Positions 1 to 13,857 are shown, numbered from the stretch's first letter. The stretch is DNA of 64,000 bases from Felis catus (GCF_018350175.1 NC_058369.1:25980001-26044000), one strand, 5' to 3'. A program made the numbers and translations. Notes: a model not told the origin generated them from the sequence alone.

Positions 1-39
1 CCACCATATGGCAGCTAGCTGTCTTCTCTTAACAGTGGT

Positions 40-607
40 TTATTCATTCAAGAATTTTTTTTTTTTTTTGAGCACCCATTCCATGCTAGGCATAGTTCTA
101 AGTACTCGCAAGTTAACCAAACAAAATCCTCGCCCTCATGGGACTTACACTCTAATGGGGATAGAGAGAGTTAACAAACTTGGATATATGATAAAGTATG
201 TCATGGTCTGATAAATGATCTAAAGGAAAATTCAGCACGGAACTGCAGATGGGGACCCCCTGGCAGGTTGCTATTTTCTATCAAGTGGTCAGAGAAGGCC
301 TCTTCGAAAAGGCAGCATTTGAGCAGAAGTCTGAAGGAAAGGAGGGAGCTGCATGGATATCTGGCAGAGGGTACAGCATGTGCAAGAGTCCTGTGGCAGG
401 AGCATGCTTGTCATGTTTCAGGGCAAGCCGAGTTCAGTGTGGCCAGGACAGAGTGAGTAAGGAAGAGAGGGGCCAGAGGGGAGGTCAGAAAGGTAGTGCG
501 GACCCAACTGTGTTGGGCCCTAGAGGCCACCGTAAGGATCATAGCTGTTCTTCTGAGTGAGATGGGGACTCGGGAGAGTTGAGGAAGAGGAGTGATATAA
601 TCTGGCC
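40..607 (-). mobile_element. L2 LINE 3' fragment
   Basis: ttcattca… tail and the typical L2 motifs gccctcatgggacttacactctaatgggg and gtggtcagagaaggcctc. Confidence 0.75.
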
Positions 608-2543
608 CTCAGTTAATCTCAGTGCTTGTGTGTCACAGTTAAATGAACAGCCAGACACCTCCTTGGACTCCGTCAACCAGCAACCCCCACGCCGCCCTAC
701 CCGGTGGGCCCCTCCTCCCTAGAGCATCACTCAATCCACAGCCGGCCTGATGTGATGCTGGCCACGCGTGAAACCTCACATCCTGTTTCTCTGGATGGTA
801 CTTCCATCCAGGCAACACACCCAGATGCTTTCAGGCCAAGCTATGTGTCCAGCCTTACTGCCAACTGTCACGAGCCATGCAGCTAATGGCCTACCATCAC
901 CTGAGCTCTTGCCATAAGCCAGGCGCCCTACTGCGGGGGCTCGTTCAATCCTCGCAGCCACCCTGCTGTGCAGCCACTGTCCCTCTCCCTTTTGCATCTG
1001 GCACCACAATCCATCTATCTCACACGAGGTCCTGAAGCTAGCAGGCAGGGAAGCCAGGACCCCAGCTCAGTCTGCCAGACTCCCAATGATGGGGACAGTG
1101 AGGGACAAAGCAGAAAACCGCAGTGTGTGGCACACCACTACGACCAGACAGCAAGAGAGAAGGCTGAAGTGTTCCTTGTCCTTCCCCCAGGCTCTCGCTC
1201 TACTGAGAAAAGTGTCTGAGAAAGCATTTTGCAAGTTTGTGTAAAGCATTACACAAATATGAGAGCAGTTACAAAGATCCTTAGAGCCTGAAATCCCAGG
1301 TTCTGGTTGGGCTCCTGACTTTTCTGATAGCTGCCTCCTCCTAGGCTCTGGCTTGTCAACCCCAAACTCCTGAACTCCCCCAAACCTAAGCACATCCCCC
1401 AGCTTTTCCTTTGCCTTCCTTGAAACAAAGCAGGTCTTTTATAAAGCGAGGGAGGGGTGTGCGGCAGCCTTGCTTTGGGGAACATGCTTTCACCTCCTTC
1501 CAGTTCATTGTTTTCATACAAAATTCCAGACGCACAGGGCAGGCGAACAGAAGTCTCATTCATGGCCAGCGGGCCCCCAGGCTGGTGTGCTTCCCGCCTC
1601 CTTCCCCTCGCGGTCTTGTACTGAACTTGTAATCTACAGAAGGCCATGGAGCTAGGCTCAGGGCAGAACAGATTTTGTTCATTGCTGATGGGGGCAGGAG
1701 GGCATCCCCTTGGAGGCTACGTGGCGTAGGGGACAGAGCCCTAGATTTGCTTGCTGATAGGCTAGACCCGATGGATACCTGTTTCCGCCAATCCCTTGTC
1801 AGATGGCCGTGGATGAGCCACCTTCCCCTTCTCCTTTGAAAATGTGGTTCTCCGAACCTTACCCTGCCCAGTGCTCCTGACGGCCACCACCTTTCATCAG
1901 AGTCGACATGGGCTTCTCATGCAACTCCACACCTCCTTCTTCCCACTTGGGTTAAGTGGGCATAGAGCTGAGCGTGAGGTCCTGATGGATCTGCTAAATC
2001 ATATCGTGGGCAGTAAAGCCTGCCCTTGCGTAAGACACGCGTTTCTGATTTGCCACGGCTGTCCCTCTTCAGGTCCCACACCTCCCTGATTTTTGTCACT
2101 TGCAAGTAGTAAAATTACAAGCCGCACAGAACATACCCTTTTTTTTTTTTTTTTTTTTTTTTTTAAAGCTTAAGTCATTGACTCCCTCAGCTCCACACCT
2201 TCTGGTCGGCACAGGGCACTGGGCTCCAGACGGGGCTGGGCAGCAGGGGAGGCGCCAGCACGTGGACTGGGGTTGGGGGTGGAGAAGGTGTCTGATCACG
2301 AAATTTGTAACGTGTTGCCGGCTTTAGGTGAGCGTGAATTTGGCTCTGGCGCACTGGAGGAGGTGTGGGTGACCGCTCTTGGGAGATCTGCTGGCAATTG
2401 AAGAGAACAAAAACAGCAGCAGGCCCTTTCACACTGTGTGCCGTCTTAGGGCGCGGTGTTTTCTGGAGCATACAATTCAGGAAACCTTTATGTATACTTC
2501 TGTGGGTCTAAACTTCATGCAATGAGCACAGACCAGTTTTGCA

Positions 2544-2725
2544 CCACGTTTCATAAGGCTAAGATGCCACTGATTGAAAAGCACCATTATTTTATACAGT
2601 ACCATAAAAGAAAACTGTTACCAATTAAGCTACAACCTGTCACCAATTAGTAAGACACATCTGGGTTTTTGAGATGTTAAAATGTAAAAAGAAAAAAAAT
2701 GCATCTTAGAATTAATGGAATGCAG
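2544..2725 (-). mobile_element. MER104-like TcMar DNA transposon fossil
   Basis: …ctaagatgccactgattg…gagatgttaaaatgt…tgcatcttagaattaatggaatgcag matches MER104/Kanga2 termini as I recall them. Confidence 0.65.
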
Positions 2726-2729
2726 TTTA

Positions 2730-2890
2730 AAAAAATTTTTTTAAATGTTTATTTATTCTTAGAGAGAGAGATGGGGGGTGGGCGGGGGGAGCTGGGACAG
2801 AGCCAGACATGGGGCTCAAACTCAAGAAACGTGAGATCATGACCTGAGCCAAAGTTGGACGCTTAACTGACTGAGCCACCCAGACGCCCC
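2730..2890 (-). mobile_element. Can-SINE (internally deleted)
   Basis: Reverse-complement head …gagccacccagacgcccc; TSD gaatgcagt. Confidence 0.9.
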
Positions 2891-3044
2891 AGAATGCAGT
2901 CATTTTTAAAAATTAAAATGTATTTTCCATTTTTGGAAAAAAAACCACAAACTAAACTTAAGTTGCTTTTATCTCCCATCCTCCTGCTCAGAGTGATTTA
3001 TCCCAAAAAGCCAAGGGAGTTGCGTTTGAAAATGACTTAATCTT

Positions 3045-3068
3045 TTTCTTTTCTTTCTTTCTTTCTTT

Positions 3069-3115
<47 letters not shown>

Positions 3116-3120
3116 TTTTT
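3045..3120. repeat. (TTTC)n/(TTTA)n microsatellite
   Basis: Directly visible. Confidence 0.95.
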
Positions 3121-3136
3121 TGCACTGGGGAGCTTA

Positions 3137-3281
3137 GGGAGCCTCATTTGGTTTAGCGTCCGACTTCACCTCAGGTCATGATCTCAAGGTTCGTGAGTTG
3201 AAGCCCCATATTGGGCTCTGCTGTCAGTGTAGAGCCCACTTCAAATCCTCTGTCCCCCTTTCTCTGCCCCTCCCCTATCTG

Positions 3282-3313
<32 letters not shown>

Positions 3314-3332
3314 AATAAATAAACATTAAAAA
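3137..3332 (+). mobile_element. Can-SINE
   Basis: tRNA-like head, (CT)n, AATAAA/A tail. Confidence 0.9.
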
Positions 3333-4201
3333 GCTTTTTGTTCCCATGAATGTGCAAGTTTCATGCCAGTCCCTGTGCTGGTGCTTCCTCATCCCTGAGT
3401 CCTTGGAGGCCTCCCGGGAACTGGTGGGAAAGGTGGTCATCTTCCAAATAAAGCAACTGATGGCCAGACTCTTGTTCCGGATCACGCAGTGAGCAGATGA
3501 GCAACCTGAGGTGGCCAGTCCGCCAGCATCCCACCACGTGCCTCAGCTCTGAAGGCATTCTGAGAAAGGAGACCCGTCAGCACCCAGGCCTTCTACTGGA
3601 AGACTTGGTAAGCACCGAGATGAAGAGCTAAGCGACGCCTCCCAGGCCCACCCTGTGCACCCCAATGGTTTCTGGTTCCGGGGAAGCTGACTTCCTCCTT
3701 GCATGCTCTTCTCTGCCGATCTGAGTGAGTCAGCCTCAAAATGACCTCACTGTCCTCGGTGGGCCGTTCGGCTGTCTGTTTTGTGTCACTGAGCCCCGGC
3801 CCCCAGCACCTCTGGCGTGGGCGTGTGTTTTCTCTGCCTCACTCCTCAGATGTGGCTGCATTTGGAAAGGTTATCCCTGCCCTCACCTTCTTCCACCTCC
3901 CAGCTTTCTGTTGCCAGGCTGGCTTGGCCCTCCAGCTGCTAAAAATGACCGAGGCCAGGGGACCATTTCCCTTCTGCCACCACCTGGGTGGACTGCCATC
4001 CGTGGGGAGCTGGGGGCTCAGCCCAGAACTTCCCAGGGCTGGGGACCGAGGGGTGTGCAGGCGGGGGATGCCAGCCAGTGGGCAGAGTAAGCTGCAGTAA
4101 TAGGTCTGGGTCTGCTGTGGAAAGTTGAAGTTTCAAAAGAACTCTCAAGCAACCAGAGTGATCACATATCAAAGCTGGGTGAAGAGGTTTGAGAGAGTGA
4201 C

Positions 4202-4688
4202 TATATTCGTTTCTTCGGGTGGCCATTGCAAATTACCGAGTGGGGGGCTTAAAACCACAGAAAGTTATTCTCTCACGGTTCATGAGACCAAAAGTCGGAA
4301 ATTAAGGTGTCGGCAGGGTTCATTTCTTCTAGACGCTCCAAGGGAGGATCTGTTCTATGCCTGCCTGGGCTGCTGGTAGTTACTGGCAATCCCTGGTATT
4401 CCTTGGCTTGTAGACACATCCCTCCAGTCTGTGCCTCTGTCTTCACATGGCCTTTTCCTTGTATGTGTGTCTGCAGTTTCCAAATCTCCCTCTCCTTATA
4501 AGGACACCAGTCATTGGATTCAGAGCCATCCTAATCCTGTGTGACCTCATCTTAACTTGATTATATCTGCAAAGAACCTATTTCCAAATAAGGTCACATT
4601 CGCAGGTAAGGGGGGGTGCAGGGGGGGTGGTTTAGGGTTTGAACATGGTGGCACTGGGTGGGGGGAAGACACAGTTCAACTTGCAACA
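4202..4688 (-). mobile_element. MLT1 (MaLR) solo LTR, MLT1C-like
   Basis: ggcttaaaaccacagaaagttattctctcac…ttataaggacaccagtcattggatt…ctatttccaaataaggtcacattc. Confidence 0.85.
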
Positions 4689-5974
4689 ACTACTTCACCA
4701 AACTCAGTTCTCATTACTTGGCATCACAGACCCCTGGCTTCGTAGGAGCAGTAAGGGGCGCTGGAAAGAGCAGAGGCACAGGCAACTTTGGTGTCTGCTT
4801 TGCTGGCTCTCTGATGTTCTAGTGTTGAGTGTTGGCCTATTAACAAGGCTCAGGGAAAGGCAAGGCATGTCCGTGGCAGAAGTCAGTACAGCACAGGGCA
4901 CAAAGAGAGCCAGCTTCCAGGTCCGGACCCCTCCAGGAGTGTGTGCCGACATTTCTTCACCCCTCTGGGCCTCAGTTGCCTCATCTGTGAAATGGGAGTG
5001 ATGGTGGTACATACCCCATAAGATAATACTTAGAACAAGTTCTATGAAGCTGTGAATCAATGTTTACCGTTATTATCATTATTACTTGAATCGCTCACAC
5101 TCACAGACTCACAACTTTGCTCATCTTTGGGTCAGAAAGGCTGCCCTACTGGAGACACAGGAAAATCCCTTTTGCCTCCTGGGCCTCGTCATTGTAGGGA
5201 AAAATAAATTTATAGGCTGCCTCCAGTCTCTGCGAAGCATGGTAAGTCCCCAATTAGGACAAAGACGCCCCTCCAACCCCCGCCCCAATTTTCACCTACC
5301 CAGGTGATTTGTAGGCAAAGGCCAGCCCAGGCCCCAGCCTTACTTCTAAACTTGCCTTGCTTTTGTGAATGAGCTCCTTTTTGGCTGCTTACTCTGGGTC
5401 TCCTGGTCACTTATAAATCCGTGCAGCTGGTGAGTTCCTTTCTGAACACTCATAACCCATAGTGAACTTGGCAGGGTGGTTTGGGGCCCAGAGGCAAAAG
5501 TTGGGAACATGAGCCTTTCCCGCTAGAACTAGATTGGCCAGACCCAGAAACCAGCGCCCCCCACCCCCTCCAGCCCCAGGCCCAGTAGGTCAGGCTAAAG
5601 GCCTGAGCAGACACCCGAGCCCGACCTTCGGCCTTCGGCATCCAAGCTGGGTGGGGCAAAGACTTGTCTGCCCTTAGTGAGCATCTCACACACTGGTCCT
5701 CAGGGATCATCTGCATCCAGACCTATCCTTTCTTCTTGGGTGGGGGCCAGGGGCAGCCGACACGCAGCCAGGCCAGCCCCTGAGTAGTAACCGTTGCTGC
5801 TGACACTTTGATTACTGTCTGTGGAATGACGACATGGGCCGGTAGGACCCACAGTTCTCTGGGAACTCTCTGAGTTCCACCCGGAGGGGCCAGGCTCTGC
5901 GTGGACACATCCATTTTGCCCTCAAACCCTTCCCCCTTTTCAGGCCAGAAAGAGAGCAAGATTCTTCCTGGGGC

Positions 5975-6014
<40 letters not shown>

Positions 6015-6029
6015 TAGGGTGGGGATTTA

Positions 6030-6232
6030 TCGAAAAGGCAAAATCATAGAGACAAAAAGCAGACCAGTGGTCGCCTGGGGCTGGAGGTGGAGTTGACTGT
6101 AAATGGGCAAATAAGGTGATGGAAGTGTTTGAAACTCGGCGTGTGTTGGTGGTTGAACTGCTGTGTAAACTCACTAATCATACAGCCTGCTTACCGTGGG
6201 TGAGTTGTGTGGCATGTAAATTGCTCTATATA
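6030..6232 (+). mobile_element. Old L1 (L1M) 3' UTR fragment
   Basis: aaaggcaaaatcatagagacaaaaagcagaccagtggtcgcctggggctgg motif. Confidence 0.7.
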
Positions 6233-9163
6233 CACACATACATAAAATGAATTCCCTTAAAACCGCAATGGGTGAGGGATTACTGTCTTCCAGGCACTCT
6301 GGAGAATGTCCTCGGTCAATGGTTGTGAACTTGAAAAAACGTTGGGGAGGAGCAGAATTGGAAGCCGTGGCCTCCAAAACAAGAGGGAGCCTCTCCTGGC
6401 TCTGACACCCTCCCCTGGCTCCCTGGGTATTGCAGACCCTCGGATCATACCAGCCGCCACTGGGAGCTTTGCCTTTGCCACAGAGCACCTCTGCTTTCCT
6501 GTCTTTGTGCAGAGAATTTCCTCCCACCAGCAAGGATCAAACATGCAGCCAAGAACAATTGGAAAATCCGGGTTGGCCTGGCCTCGTCCCCCGCCCCCCC
6601 AACCTGACCCTGGCCCTTTCCCTTGACCCAGACCAGAGAAGCAACTGAGAGACTGCCCCAGAGAAAACCCCCTCACCCCTCAAATGGCTCAAGCACCTAC
6701 TGGGCATTTATACACTCTGTGGCCTTTCCTTTCCGCTGGCAGCCCTGACTGGTGGCCTCAGCCTACTTTACAGGTGAGATCAGAGATAGATGCTTGTCCA
6801 AGGTCACACAGCTGATAAGTGCTGAGCTTCCTGCTCTTTCCACTAGAACCCACTGCCTAGGAAGAAGCCAGGCTCCTTGCTCAGGTGGAAGCTGGGTGAA
6901 TTGGAGCGGTTGGCTTGTTTGGGTATCACCTGCCTTCCTCTCCTTCTGCCCCTCTCATTCTTTTCAGAATACCAGGACAACTCAAATGCCACCTCTTCCA
7001 AGAAGTCTCTCCTCAAACCTCCACTCACCTACCCAGAAAGTTCTGATACTCCCCCCCACCCCCACCCCCACCCCTCCTCTGGGTGTGAGAGACCCAGGGC
7101 AGAGACCCAGAAGTGTGAGAAATTCCTTTCCAGGGACTGGGAGCAGCCCCATCTGGAGCATGGCAGGAGTGAGGTTTTGGGAATCTGAAGAAAACCTGGC
7201 CTCTCCTCCCAGGGTAGTGGGGAGCTACAGCAGGGTTCTCAGCAGGGGTGGAGCAAGCAGATGTGGCTTAAAAGAGGGTGATTCCAGCTGCTGGGTGGAG
7301 GATAGTTGGACCAGAGCAGGGCTGGGTGGGAGGCTGGGGGGCCACTGAGGAGACTGCAGCTGGAGCTCCTCCCCGTGGAGTGCTCCCGCAGGAGGGCTAG
7401 GGCCCACCCCTCCCTTCACCTTCTTCCCTCCTCACACTGTTCCTGTCCCCTGCCCCACTCCCAGGGCCCGGGAGAGCCTGCCCATCTGACAAACTCCAGG
7501 AATATGCCGCTGCATGGCCTGCTGCGGCTTCTCGAGAGTTTTCAGCCGGTTTCTTCTGGTGTTGAGATTGGAGGGCAGCACAGCTGTGGGGAAGAGGGTA
7601 GAAGAGGGGCTTGAGCCCCCAGGTTGGGTTGGGGACAGGCCTGAGGCCAGGGGAGTCATGAAACAGCTACCGCCCGGTGGTGACTCAGACCCTGTTGCCC
7701 TTCTTATCAGGCGTGAGGAGCGATAAGGGGCCAGTTCCTGGACTGTGGGTTCTAGGCTTTTGTTTGGGGCCGCCAGGAAGTGACTTGCGGGTTTTGGTGT
7801 GCCTTAAGGAGTGGGGCTGACTCACGGGGTGGGGGGCTGGGTGTGTCGGGGGAGGCTGCACACGCCAGACCCTGCACCGCCAAGCACCAACTGGCCAGGG
7901 CAGGGAGGTCCCGGTGGGAGCGTGTCCGGCCTCCACACCCACCTCCTGACAGCCGGCCACAGAGAGGAGGGAGGATTCCTTGCCCGCTGGCGTAGGACAG
8001 GAGGGGTGGCCCAGGGCGTCTCTTCTTTATTTTTCAAACAGAAAATATTTCCAGGATATTATTATTCCCCCAAAGGGCTGACTGTCTGCTGAGTGCCGGA
8101 CACTAAGGGCTCTGCCTACACCATCTCCTTTAATTCCCCCCAATAACAACCCCGGGCGTTAGCGTTGTCAGTATCCACAGTTTGCATATGAGGAAACTGA
8201 GGCTCAGAGGAAGGAAGTGAACCGCTCAGATTTACTCAGCCAGGAAGCAGCAGATTCAGGATGTAAGCCCAGTCCAAAATTCACCCACAGCTCCCTTGAA
8301 AACCCAAAACAGAGCGATGTGAGCGCAGGGGATGGGCATCGGGAGTGTCATGAACCCCGAGGGAGCCCAAAAAGACCACTGCCCCAGGGAATCCTACGAG
8401 GTGGACATGTTTCTTTCCCAGACACCATTCTCTCATGTGTGTGATGGGATGAGACACTGGGTCAGGTGTTCTCCACTGGCCAGACGGTAGGTGAGTAACC
8501 TGAGTTCATAAATGAGTGGTTGGGTGACCCTGTGGTGGTGTCACCAGGCTCTTAGAAGGGGAGGAGGCATGGTGCTTGGGGAGGAGATAAAAGAACAGGA
8601 AATTCCCAACCCAGTGGGAGAGACAGAGCCTTATTAGTCAAGACAGAAAGCAATTCCAAAACAGGGAAGGTTCTGATTCATTCATTGAACCATCCATTTG
8701 TTGTCAGACTCTGCCTCGTCAGCATTTATCAGTCAGGTCTGCCCGTGTTCTCTACATCCGCGGATGCCCCGGGCCCGTGTCCTGCCAGCTCGCTGGCCCT
8801 GGTAGAGAGAGTCGGTGGCAGAAACGTCCCGGAGAATATTCTAACTGGCTCACCTTGAGTCACATGGCTCCCTGAACAAATCAGCGTGGCCCCGGGAAGG
8901 GGTTTTCTGACTGGCCGAGCCTTGTCTCGCTTGCCCATCTTGGCACTGGATCTGGTGGGGCCAGGACAGCAGCGGAACCACACAGAATGGATGGGAGGTA
9001 GAAGGGGAAGAGGTAGAGCCAGGCCAAAGCCACAGGACGCCAGGGGCTAGGCCTCCACCCATGTAGCCTTTGCACACCCAGGCTCTGGTGGGCCATCCCC
9101 ATCGGGCCAGGATACTAGAGGGTTATCACCTGGTGGGAGCCACTCAGTGTCTTAGTTTATAGT

Positions 9164-9383
9164 CAGGGTGTTTCAACCTCGGCACGGTTGACATTTGGGA
9201 CCAGATCTTTCTTCATTGTTGGGACCGTCCTGTGCATTGTAGGATATATAGTAGCATCTCTGGCCTCTCCCCACTAGAAGCCAGTAGCATCTCCCCCTTC
9301 TTTCAATGTGACAATCAATAATGTCCCCAGACCTTGCCAGATGACCAGATGGCCCTCGGGGCAAAACCACTGCTGGTTAAGAA
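9164..9383 (+). mobile_element. MER20 (hAT-Charlie)
   Basis: caacctcggcacggttgacatttgggaccagat…gtcctgtgcattgtagga…ccactagaagccagtagca. Confidence 0.85.
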
Positions 9384-10269
9384 GATGATGATCCTGGTTT
9401 AGATGATCCTAGAAGCAGATCTTGAGGTGAGGCTCTCAGGAGGCAGAAGCAGGGGGTGGGGAAGTATGAGAGGGAAGAGGGGCAGCTGACACCAGGTGTA
9501 CGAATGAGCAGCCAGACCCAAGTGGTACGGCAGGGGGACCCTGGGGACAGCACGGAACGGGCAGACTAAGGGACCTGGGAGCTGGACTTTCTATGCTCCA
9601 CCTCCCTTCAGTTCCCTTGAGGGTACCAGGATGGAGGGGCGCTGATTCCAGGGCACATTGGGTACTGGCAGGGGGGAAGCAAGCACTGAAGTGGAGGGAC
9701 GAGGGGGTGTGGGGCACACTCAGTAACCCCAGAGTTTCCTGCTCCTTCTTCCCTTGTTTTTCCCCTTCAGTTGGTTGGAAGCCTGATGCTATGTCCAAGC
9801 TGGGTGACCTCAGGCAGATTTCTTAACTTTTCTGGGCTTGGATTTCTCCTGTATAAAATGGGGCTTCCGGGGCTTCTGAGGCCGAAAAGAAATAGCGTGG
9901 TGGACACACACTAGTTTCACTGTCCCTCCTCTCAGTAGTGACTGAGGGACATTTGTGGGCAAGGGCCACAAGCACCTCTTGCTCAGGAGGGATGGCCACA
10001 GAGCACCGCTGAGTCAGCAGACACGCTAGATAAGGAGCCAGAAGCCCTGGGTGCTGTTAGCGGATTGCAGCACCTGAGCCAGTTGTCCCAGCCCGAGCAT
10101 TGTCATCTGCACCCGCCGATTCTTCGTCAGAGCTGGGGGGGGCGGGGGCAGGGGGGGCTGATGGTGCAGCTGAGGACCCTTCCCCAGGCCTCACTCCACC
10201 CCTTCCCACGGCATGACTTGGGGGTGCACTCCACCTCTTTGTACTTTTTCCTTTCTGAAAAATGGAGAC

Positions 10270-10972
10270 GGGAGTCATTTAAGTGACTGGCTCTTGATCT
10301 CGGCTCAGGTCTTGATCTCAGGGTCGTGAGTTCAAGCCCCATGTTAGGCTCCACACTAGGCATGGAATCTACTTTAAAAAAAAAAAAGAAAGAAATTAAG
10401 GGGCACCTGTGTGGCTCAGTCGGTTGAGTCTCTGCCTCTTGGTTTTGGCTCAGGGCATGATCTCATATTTCATAGGATCCAGCCCTGCATTGGGCTCCAG
10501 GCTGTCTGTGTGGATCCTGCTTGGGATTCTCTCTCTCCCTCTATCTCTGGCCCTCCCCTGCTCATGCTCGCTGTCTCCCTCAAAAAAAAAAAAAAAAAAA
10601 AACTTAACAAAAAAAAAGAATTAGGGGTCCTGGGTGGCTCAGTCCATTGACTGTCCAACTTCAGTTCAGGTCACGATCTGGCATTTCGTGAGGTTAAGCC
10701 CCACGTTGGGCTCTGTGCTGACAGCTCGAAGCCTGGAGCCTGCATTGGATTCTGTGTGTGTCTCTCTCTGTTTCTCCTCCACTCACACTGTGTCTCTCAC
10801 TCTATCAAAAATAAGTAAACATTAAAAAATGTTTTTTCTTTAAAAAACATTTTTTAATGTTTACTTATTTTTGAGACAGAGTGTGCCCATGGGGGAGGGG
10901 CAGAGAGAGAGAGAGACAGACAGACAGAATCCCAAGCAGGCTCTGTGATGTCATCGCAGAGCCCCATGCAGA
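10270..10972. mobile_element. Cluster of four Can-SINEs: ~10270-10390 (+), 10400-10618 (+), 10624-10829 (+), 10850-10972 (-, truncated)
   Basis: Successive tRNA-like heads and A tails. Confidence 0.9.
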
Positions 10973-12121
10973 GAGTCGACTCTGGCCCCTGCAGGCATCT
11001 CCCACCCTGCTTGGCACAAGCACGGTGCCCAGCCCCATCAACCAGCTCCCACTCCCAGATGCTAGTTGCCAGGAACTGTGCTGAGCACCAGGCCTGCGGG
11101 CCTTGTCTGTACATCCTCCCAGAAACACTGTGAAGTCAGTACTACTACCATTCTAGAAAAGAAACTGAGGTTCAGCATAGCAAGCCAATGTCGTGCTCAT
11201 AAATGACTGATCTGGGACTTGAACCCAGAGCTACATCAGTCATCAGACAGCATGAAATGACCAGTCTTGGATACAGGCCAGCCACGGAGGAGCCAGTGGC
11301 CTCGGCATGGGGCAGCCACCCGCTCCGTCAGGATCTGAGACTTGATAGCTATCGCTGCCCAGAGAGTACACGACAGCTGGGCTGGGTTTCTGGCCCTCGG
11401 GAGGCTCCAGGCATTGTGTTCCCCTGACTCATTGCCTGCTTGGCTCAGGAGAGGGGCCAAGGCCAAGGTCTGGGCTGAAGTGCCAGCTGGGACAGCCACA
11501 GAGGGGCAAAGCGGACTGTAGGCAAGGGCACCACCTCCCTGTGAAATCTGCCTCCTGCTTTCATGGGAAGGCAGCTTCACTGGTGAATCCTGGTTGAGGC
11601 CCTGGAAGAGGTTTATGGATTTAAGCTAAGCTACCACCTCCATGAAGTTCTACTAGATTGTCCCACTGGCTGAGCCCCTCCATTCTGCTCCTACTAGTAC
11701 TTAAAATATCTAGCTTGCCCTGATATACTCTGTGACCACATCATGGATGTTTAAGTTAGTATGGTGCGTGAAGGTTCTGTACACCTAGAATGATCCGGTA
11801 CATCTAGAAGGCCTAGGGTCTTTTCACTGGGATTCCCCATAGCCCCCTGCACGGGGCTCATTCCATACACAATAAGTGCTCCATAAATGTTGGCAGATTG
11901 ATGCATTACCCCAACAGGTGTTAAAAATGGAAACGACAATGTCCGTGTTTTTCTTCACTCCCACTGAGTGGGAGGCAGCATAGGCCCGTGGTCGGCACCC
12001 AGGCTCGGGTATAAAATGGCTACTGGCCAAGTTTTGGCTGTGCCTCTCACTGGCCGGGTGACTGTGAGGAAATTACTTGACTCTTCTGTGCCTTAGTCTC
12101 CCCAGTGGTAAAATAGGACTC

Positions 12122-12260
12122 ATAATAATAATATAATAATATAATAATATTAATAATATTAATAATAATATAATATATAATATATAATATATAATATATA
12201 ATAATATATAATATATAATAATATTATATTAATAATAATAATAATATAATATAATAATAT
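12122..12260. repeat. AT-only (AAT/AT)n microsatellite inside a MIR
   Basis: Directly visible; flanked by a 15-bp direct repeat. Confidence 0.95.
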
Positions 12261-13857
12261 GGGACTCATAATAATATCTAGGTGATAATTAGAGAATGTA
12301 AAGTCTGGAAAGAGCTCAGGGCTTGTTGGCTGTTTTTATCCTCAGTGTTCAGTATGTCAATGCTCCTGACATGCTGTGTGTCATTGACCCCAAAATGTTT
12401 GGATCATAAGGACACATCCTTATTTCCTGTGCTGCTAAGAAAAACAGCGCTGCCAATTAAATGGACAGAAAACTATCACTTAGGATGTCTATCTTTTCCC
12501 TCATGGGGGGGGGGGGGGAGTCCAGATTGTGGACCCCTGTGTCCTGACCCCCACACCAAGGTCTGTCCCAGTCATCGGTGTCTTAGGTGCTGGGGAGAAA
12601 GAAGTTGCTCTAGGTGGGCTACCAGGCAGGTCCCCTGCCCTCAGCCTGAAGGTCTCTCCATTATGAACGGGGGCGGGAAAGTCTAGTGCCTGCCCGTGTC
12701 TTCCTGGCTCTTACACCCTGCCAGCGCCCAGCCCCCAGCTCTGTGGAGGTAGCACAGTCTATGGAGTATGGAAGAACACGGGGGTTTAGCCTCAGACACG
12801 CCAGGACTCAAGTCCCATCTCTGCCTGTTTCCAGCAGGTGACATGGCCTCCCTTTGTGCCTCAGCTTTCCTATCTGTGAAAGGAGGGTAAAAACAGTGCA
12901 TCATTATTTGGGTCGATGTGAGGAGGTGGTCCACGGACAGGGTCTGGCCCGTGGTAAACGCCTACTACATGTTAGCCCCCGTTACACTTCTATTTCAGCT
13001 GCTGACTTCTATTTCCACCACCTCTCTCCAGGTTTTTCTGTCTCCATCTTGCCAGCGGGCATCCACTCTGATGGTTGATTTCTGGTGACCTTCAGGGTCT
13101 GCTGGGGGCCTGGCATCAGGTCCCAGGGTGACAGGGGGCTGCTTTCTGCTCTCCTCCATCAGGAGACAGACGTGAGGGCTTTCGGGCTCTCCTCCGCCCC
13201 TGGACAGCCTGCACGTGAGGCGCTCCTTGCACGGAACTGCCTTGCCTTGAGCATTAGACGCGGCTCTTGTCACACCAGGCGCTGGGGCTCCTTAAAGGCT
13301 CTAACTAGGGCCAGGCCGCCTTCCGGGTGAGGGAAGGATGGCCGGACAAAGGACGCAGACGCAGGAGCCGGTGGGTGGCGGCAAAGGGGAGAGGCCAGGT
13401 GTGCCGCAGGCAGCCTTGGGTCACACGGGCCCGGGGTCAAGGGCGGGCTCTTCCACCAGCTGGTCCTGGGTCTCCGTTCTTCACCTGTAAACACGGTTAA
13501 AATGGTAGCGGTGTGGCTACCCACCCACCACCCGCGTGGCCACGCCTCGTGCGCACTGGCCGGAACCAGTTTCCCAGCCCCCTCGAGGTGCGTGACCTGT
13601 GACTCGCGCTGCCCCCGGAAAGTGAGCCCAAGTCCCAAGTGCCCCGTCCAGGCCTGGCCCCTGCTAAGCCCGCACGCGACCCACATCATCTTCTCTCTCC
13701 TGCTGGCTCGCTGAGAGCATCCAAGGGACCTGCCAGAGACGTGGCCACACGGGGGCAGGAGCCCGGGCCCCTGAAGGCAGAGCCCCGCGCCAGACCGTGA
13801 GGTACACAGACAGAAGCTTCGTATGATGAGCCACGCAGGTCTGAGGCTATTATCCTT

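Noticed and set aside
3380..3612. Plus-strand exon-like block ending TTG|gtaagc
   Set aside because: No clear acceptor or partner exons, and only a short frame. Compatible with chance.
5980..6013. Long poly-T tracts (also 2139-2164 and 38186-38217) as processed-pseudogene tails
   Set aside because: No adjacent mRNA-like body and no convincing TSD.
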